A stretch of 51,192 nt of DNA. Origin: Octopus bimaculoides (taxonomy: Eukaryota). Below are positions 46,150 to 51,192 of this stretch, one piece after another. A program made the position numbers and the translations under genes. Under the pieces are notes generated by a model, which saw nothing but the letters and a program-made list of their open reading frames with translations, was not told the origin of the DNA and ran no database searches. The stretch lies in assembly GCF_001194135.2 (NCBI RefSeq), contig NC_068994.1, forward strand, positions 30,248,834-30,300,025, written 5' to 3'. Every line of letters starts with the position of its first letter. Position 1 is the stretch's first letter.

Positions 46150-49100
46150 TGCTCAACTCAGCCCAGCTGTTTTGATGGTGCGAGACAGCTGTTTTTGTTT
46201 GCGTACACAAATGTAATAGTTTCCAATACAATATATTCAGAGAGAAGAAAAAAAGTCCAACTTCCTCGAAGAGATATCTTGTAAAATGAAGAACGTATTG
46301 TAGGAAAATAAAAAATAAAAAAACGAAATTTGTACAATATCATTTGATCTTGCACTCGGATGACTAGTTCTTTCTCTTTCTGTACACACAATATATCGAT
46401 GAGAGAGGGAGAGAGAGAGAAATCGCAGAAAATCATGCATATATGTATAGACACATAAAATATTTACAGTGAGTTTGAGTTTACAACCGGATGTAATTGT
46501 AACGCTGAATGTGTGTTTTTAAATATTGATTTCTTACGTAGGTAGATGTAGCAGTAAGGTAAGGGAGAATATTTAAAATGTTAATGCCAATTTATTATTT
46601 TTTTAAAAGATTTAGCCGTGTAATTGAGGTATTTATAACAAAGAATTGAAACCCGAGTTACGAACGAGACTAACCGGGTCTATTATGTCACTAAAGTCTA
46701 ACTATTACTAACAATTCTTTCCACTTTGGCAACATGTAGATATATTTTTATGTCATTTTTTATTATTATTATTATTATTATAATAGAATACCTACTTAAA
46801 TACATAAACCATTTTAACGTTCACCATATTCTTTAGAGGGAAAAATTGTAGAAGGCAGTCAAAACATTTTTGCAGAGTAACTGAAGACCGGTGTGCTTTT
46901 CAAATTACCAAAATACAGGCTAAACGTACTGTTTGACGGTTGAGGATTCAGCATTATCAATATAATGCCGTTCACATTTTTATTCGGTAATAAAGAATTT
47001 ACTAATCACCAAATCAACAAAGAATTTACTAATCACCATCAGAACCATATATGACCAAAAATCGTACTTCGATCTTTAATATCATTTATCAAATTAACGT
47101 AAAATAAATAACTGCGAGGTCCGGTTAGCCGGTATTTAGTAAAGAGAATTCTATCTATATGAACTATGTGCAGAAGTTTTACTTATTGCTATCTTACGTT
47201 TTTTGGTGCTACAATGTAAATGAAAAAGTTATGTCGAATCTTAAAAATATATCCAAGTATATCAGTTTTAAAGAGGTTTTTGTTTCTCTACATGTTTTCT
47301 GTATTCTGTAACTACCAAATAGTGTCCTTTACAGACTGACAGGCAGAAATGGCTGAAACTTTCGCTTATACATACGTACATACATACATACACATTGTTG
47401 TGAGGAATATATATCTATATTTCTCGCAATCATAAATCTTTGTTGCTCTCCAAAAAATTTTTTTTAATGCCTAAGCTATTTTACGGTTATTTATAAAAAA
47501 TCATTTGGTAAAAATAAAATAAAAAAATTAAAATGTTTTTTTTTATATACAAATTTCTAATAAATTAAAATTGAAGTTTAAATTTTTTTACCTTCTGAAA
47601 CGTTTCCCGCAATTAAAAAAGAGACGTTAGGGCTCCTAACAAAGGAGACGGTGTAACCGGTGCAAATTTTCTACAGTTAAAAAAAATCGCTTCTTGTATT
47701 ATTACCGCAATATACTTCAAAAACAAAAGTACTTACCAACGAAGGTGGTTGCTCTTTTACCCTGGAGTCTGCTCCAATTAAGCAAACCCATAATCTAAGG
47801 TATTCCAATCGTGACCCTCAAGTCACTTTTTAAAAAATTTAAACAGTGCACTGTTATAAAACAAAATGTAGTAAGACGTTAGTGGTATTTGAGGGAGAGT
47901 TGACTGTTATTTCTAGGAGATCGTACGGTGTTCCTCTGTGGTCTTAGTCTTATTTTGTAATTCTTTTCTTTTCTAGAATGCTTTGTATTAGAGTATTCCA
48001 TCGTTTCTGTGTACTTGACTGTTTTGTAGACCCCTCCCAATTCCCGTTGAAAGATGAACGACAAAGTTGACTCCAGTCGCGGAATTTGAACGTAGAACGC
48101 AAAGGACCATAGTTAAAAATATTAGACATTTTGTTTGACACTAACACAAGCGAGTCTGTCAATCCACTGCGCGACCAGCTAGAAATAGCAGCCTAAATCT
48201 TTCTTAATACAAAAAATTAGAAAAAAAAATCAAAAGACACATTTAATCGGCAATGTCAAATCTCTCACATATCTTGGGTTTTCGAGACTCGTGAGAGGAA
48301 AGGAGGGAAGAAATAATCTCTAGCTGAAGATTTGGCCTGAATGTAATGTATGCCAATAGAAATATGGTATCAAACGGGTTTCTAGGATTACATGGTCAAA
48401 CATAACAATTGTTCTTAAACTGATTCAGCTGAAAGCATCCAATGTACCGAGTGAGGGTGTTAAACTAGGGATCAGTTTAAGTTTACCGTCCAAGTAGGCA
48501 GAATTTGAACTCAGGACGAAAGAACAGGAACAATTACTGCAAAACATCTAGTCCAATGTTCTTAGAGTTCTATCAATCCACATACCACGATTATTAGTAC
48601 TTTTTAAACGTTACTGAAGAATAAGAAGTTGACCTTGGTGGGGTATCCCGTTTGTAGCAACAGACCCTATGTGGCAGCAACAGATCCTATGTGCTCATCA
48701 TAAATACGGCCACATGAATAATTGTCGTATGATATGTAATCTATATATATATAAAATTCAGAATGTGNNNNNNNNNNNNNNNNNNNNNNNNNNNNNNNNN
48801 NNNNNNNNNNNNNNNNNNNNNNNNNNNNNNNNNNNNNNNNNNNNNNNNNNNNNNNNNNNNNNNNNNNNNNNNNNNNNNNNNNNNNNNNNNNNNNNNNNNN
48901 NNNNNNNNNNNNNNNNNNNNNNNNNNNNNNNNNNNNNNNNNNNNNNNNNNNNNNNNNNNNNNNNNNNNNNNNNNNNNNNNNNNNNNNNNNNNNNNNNNNN
49001 NNNNNNNNNNNNNNNNNNNNNNNNNNNNNNNNNNNNNNNNNNNNNNNNNNNNNNNNNNNNNNNNNNNNNNNNNNNNNNNNNNNNNNNNNNNNNNNNNNNN

Positions 49101-49399
49101 NNNNNNNNNNNNNNNNNNNNNNNNNNNNNNNNNNNNNNNNNNNNNNNNNNNNNNNNNNNNNNNNNNNNNNNNNNNNNNNNNNNNNNNNNNNNNNNNNNNN
49201 NNNNNNNNNNNNNNNNNNNNNNNNNNNNNNNNNNNNNNNNNNNNNNNNNNNNNNNNNNNNNNNNNNNNNNNNNNNNNNNNNNNNNNNNNNNNNNNNNNNN
49301 NNNNNNNNNNNNNNNNNNNNNNNNNNNNNNNNNNNNNNNNNNNNNNNNNNNNNNNNNNNNNNNNNNNNNNNNNNNNNNNNNNNNNNNNNNNNNNNNNNN

Positions 49400-49637
49400 A
49401 TATATATATATATATATATATAAGTATATATTATTTATATAGATAGGGTGATAAATTGAATATTCAAATTAAAACCAAGTGGCCTAGCATATAAAAAAAT
49501 CTGAAAATTCAGAAGAAATTGTATTATACGTGTATAAGTATATATATATATTTATGTATATGTATATTTATGTGTATATATGTGTATGTATATATACGTA
49601 TATGTATGCATATATATATATGTATAGATATGCATGA

Positions 49638-49669
<32 letters not shown>

Positions 49670-49830
49670 ATATATATGTATATATATGTATGTATATATA
49701 TATGCATATGTATATATACATATATGTGTGTATATATATATGCAGATATGTGTATATATATCTTTGTGTATATATATATATATGTGTATATATGTATATG
49801 TGTATATATATATATGTGTGTGTGTGCAAA
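49400..49830. repeat. Compound (TA)n/(TG)n microsatellite region
   Basis: Direct reading. Similar tracts border most N gaps. Confidence 0.9.
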
Positions 49831-50700
49831 GTGGTATTTCCTTGTCTTGGTATCATGTGGTTATTGTGAGTATTATTGTCCCTCATTATTAACCTTCTGT
49901 GAAAAAATATTCAGCTATGGGAAATATTACCTTATTTGGAAACAGCTAAATGTTGGCAACCAGCTATAGAAAATCTGCCTCAACAAATCCTCTACAACCT
50001 ATGTATGTATGAAAAAGTGGATGGTAAATGAAGGGAATAATAATGATGGTTGGTAGAATAAGTAAAGCTTCAGAGAAAATGCCTCATGGTATTTAGTTAC
50101 AGCTTTCTATGTTCTGAGATCAAATCCCATCAAGGTCAGCTTTGCTTTTCTTCCTTCTGGGATCTATAAAATAAGGTACTAGTATTGTACTGGGATAGAC
50201 ACATTCGATTATAACTTTTTCCCAGATTTGAAGCCGTGTTATTTTGTTAGAAATCAATATTTAAAAATAAATGTACGTGCATAATGTGTTGGTGTATCTC
50301 AAGTAACATGCTTACACCGGCTATTCAGTACAGTTTCATGTGGTTTACAGCAATGTGACAAAATAACTTAACAAAATGACACGACAGAAAAATAACAGAC
50401 AACAGATGTCTTGTAGCTGTTAGCTTTAAACCTAAACAGTATAGATAGATAGATAGACTGACAGAGTGAGTGGGAAAGAGAGAAATAGGTGAGCAGGCAG
50501 GTGCATGAATAAATAGAGAGATAGACAGATAACTAGATAGATGGATTAATGGATAGATAGACTGAGAGATAGTAAGAGAGATAGATACATAGAATAAATG
50601 TTAAGATGGAAAATAAAATAGTATGATAGATAGATAGCAATATTAACAACAAACTAGTTGCAAGTACACCGTGTACATGACTGCTTTGTTAAGCACATCT

Positions 50701-50702
<2 letters not shown>

Positions 50703-50733
<31 letters not shown>

Positions 50734-50910
50734 TCTTCCTAATTTTGGAACTAGGCCAGCAATTCTGCGAAGAGGCAGTTACATTGGCTCCAGTATTTGA
50801 CTGGTAATTATTTTATGAACCTTAAAATATAAAGTTGATTTTGACAGAACGTAGGGCCAGAAGGAATGCTGCTAAGTCCAGTATACTAATGATTCTGCCA
50901 GCTCACTGCC

Positions 50911-50954
<44 letters not shown>
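50703..50954 (-). mobile_element. Decayed family C SINE (50734-50912) flanked on both sides by (AAT)n
   Basis: (AAT)n, then TTTTGGAACTAGGCCAGCAATT...CTGGTAATTATTTTAT...GATTCTGCCAGCTCACTGCCTT, then (AAT)n. Confidence 0.6.
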
Positions 50955-51192
50955 TAATTCGTTTTATTGGCCACAAGGGCTAATATCAATTAAAAACATG
51001 TAAGGACAAAGACAGGACGAAAATTACAAAAGGTTTTGTCCGAAAAGGTAGAAACGTTCGTCTAAACAGAGGAAGAAAATGGAGAAAGATATAATAAATA
51101 AATAGATAAATAAATAGATAAATAAATAAATAGAACTCCCAAAGGGGGAGGCGCTTCGAAAAAGGAAAGGTTACAAGTGGAAAAACCCATAG

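Noticed and set aside
3980-48200. Recurring CTAGAAATAGCAGCCAAATCT-like motif (about 3985, 10060, 12135, 15072, 21085, 30705, 48180) as a locus-specific regulatory element
   Set aside because: It occurs in both orientations within longer decayed similarity, so it is better explained as remnants of another dispersed repeat family; boundaries could not be defined.
501-49892. Long ORFs containing X runs or YI/IY/CV repeats
   Set aside because: They are translations of N gaps and (TA)n/(TG)n microsatellites, not genes.

Overview
AT-rich, gap-riddled animal genomic DNA. The repeat families, (TA)n microsatellites and clustered single-exon C2H2 zinc-finger genes suggest a coleoid cephalopod such as Octopus; this is an inference. 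Only two intact host coding regions are supported, both C2H2 zinc-finger genes on the minus strand (8024-9073 and 26736-27962). The rest is mobile DNA: at least four SINE families, RTE-clade LINE fragments, a full-length but inactivated Tc1/mariner element with a DD36E triad (38858-40120) and two convergent Penelope-like (RT + GIY-YIG) fragments (40142-42009 + and 44540-45682 -). The most unusual signals are: (i) a short repeat in three copies carrying a minimal type I hammerhead-ribozyme fold with a non-canonical CUGU(U/G)GA core, each copy ending at a (TA)n microsatellite; (ii) a further degenerate hammerhead downstream of the plus-strand Penelope-like element; (iii) long near-perfect inverted repeats (175-bp and 83-bp arms); (iv) a zinc-finger array whose helix residues predict binding to (NGA)n/NAA DNA, resembling the AAA-CGA-(TGA)n tail of the SINE that is abundant here. 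ORFs running through N gaps or TA repeats are artefacts. Coordinates of decayed repeats are approximate.
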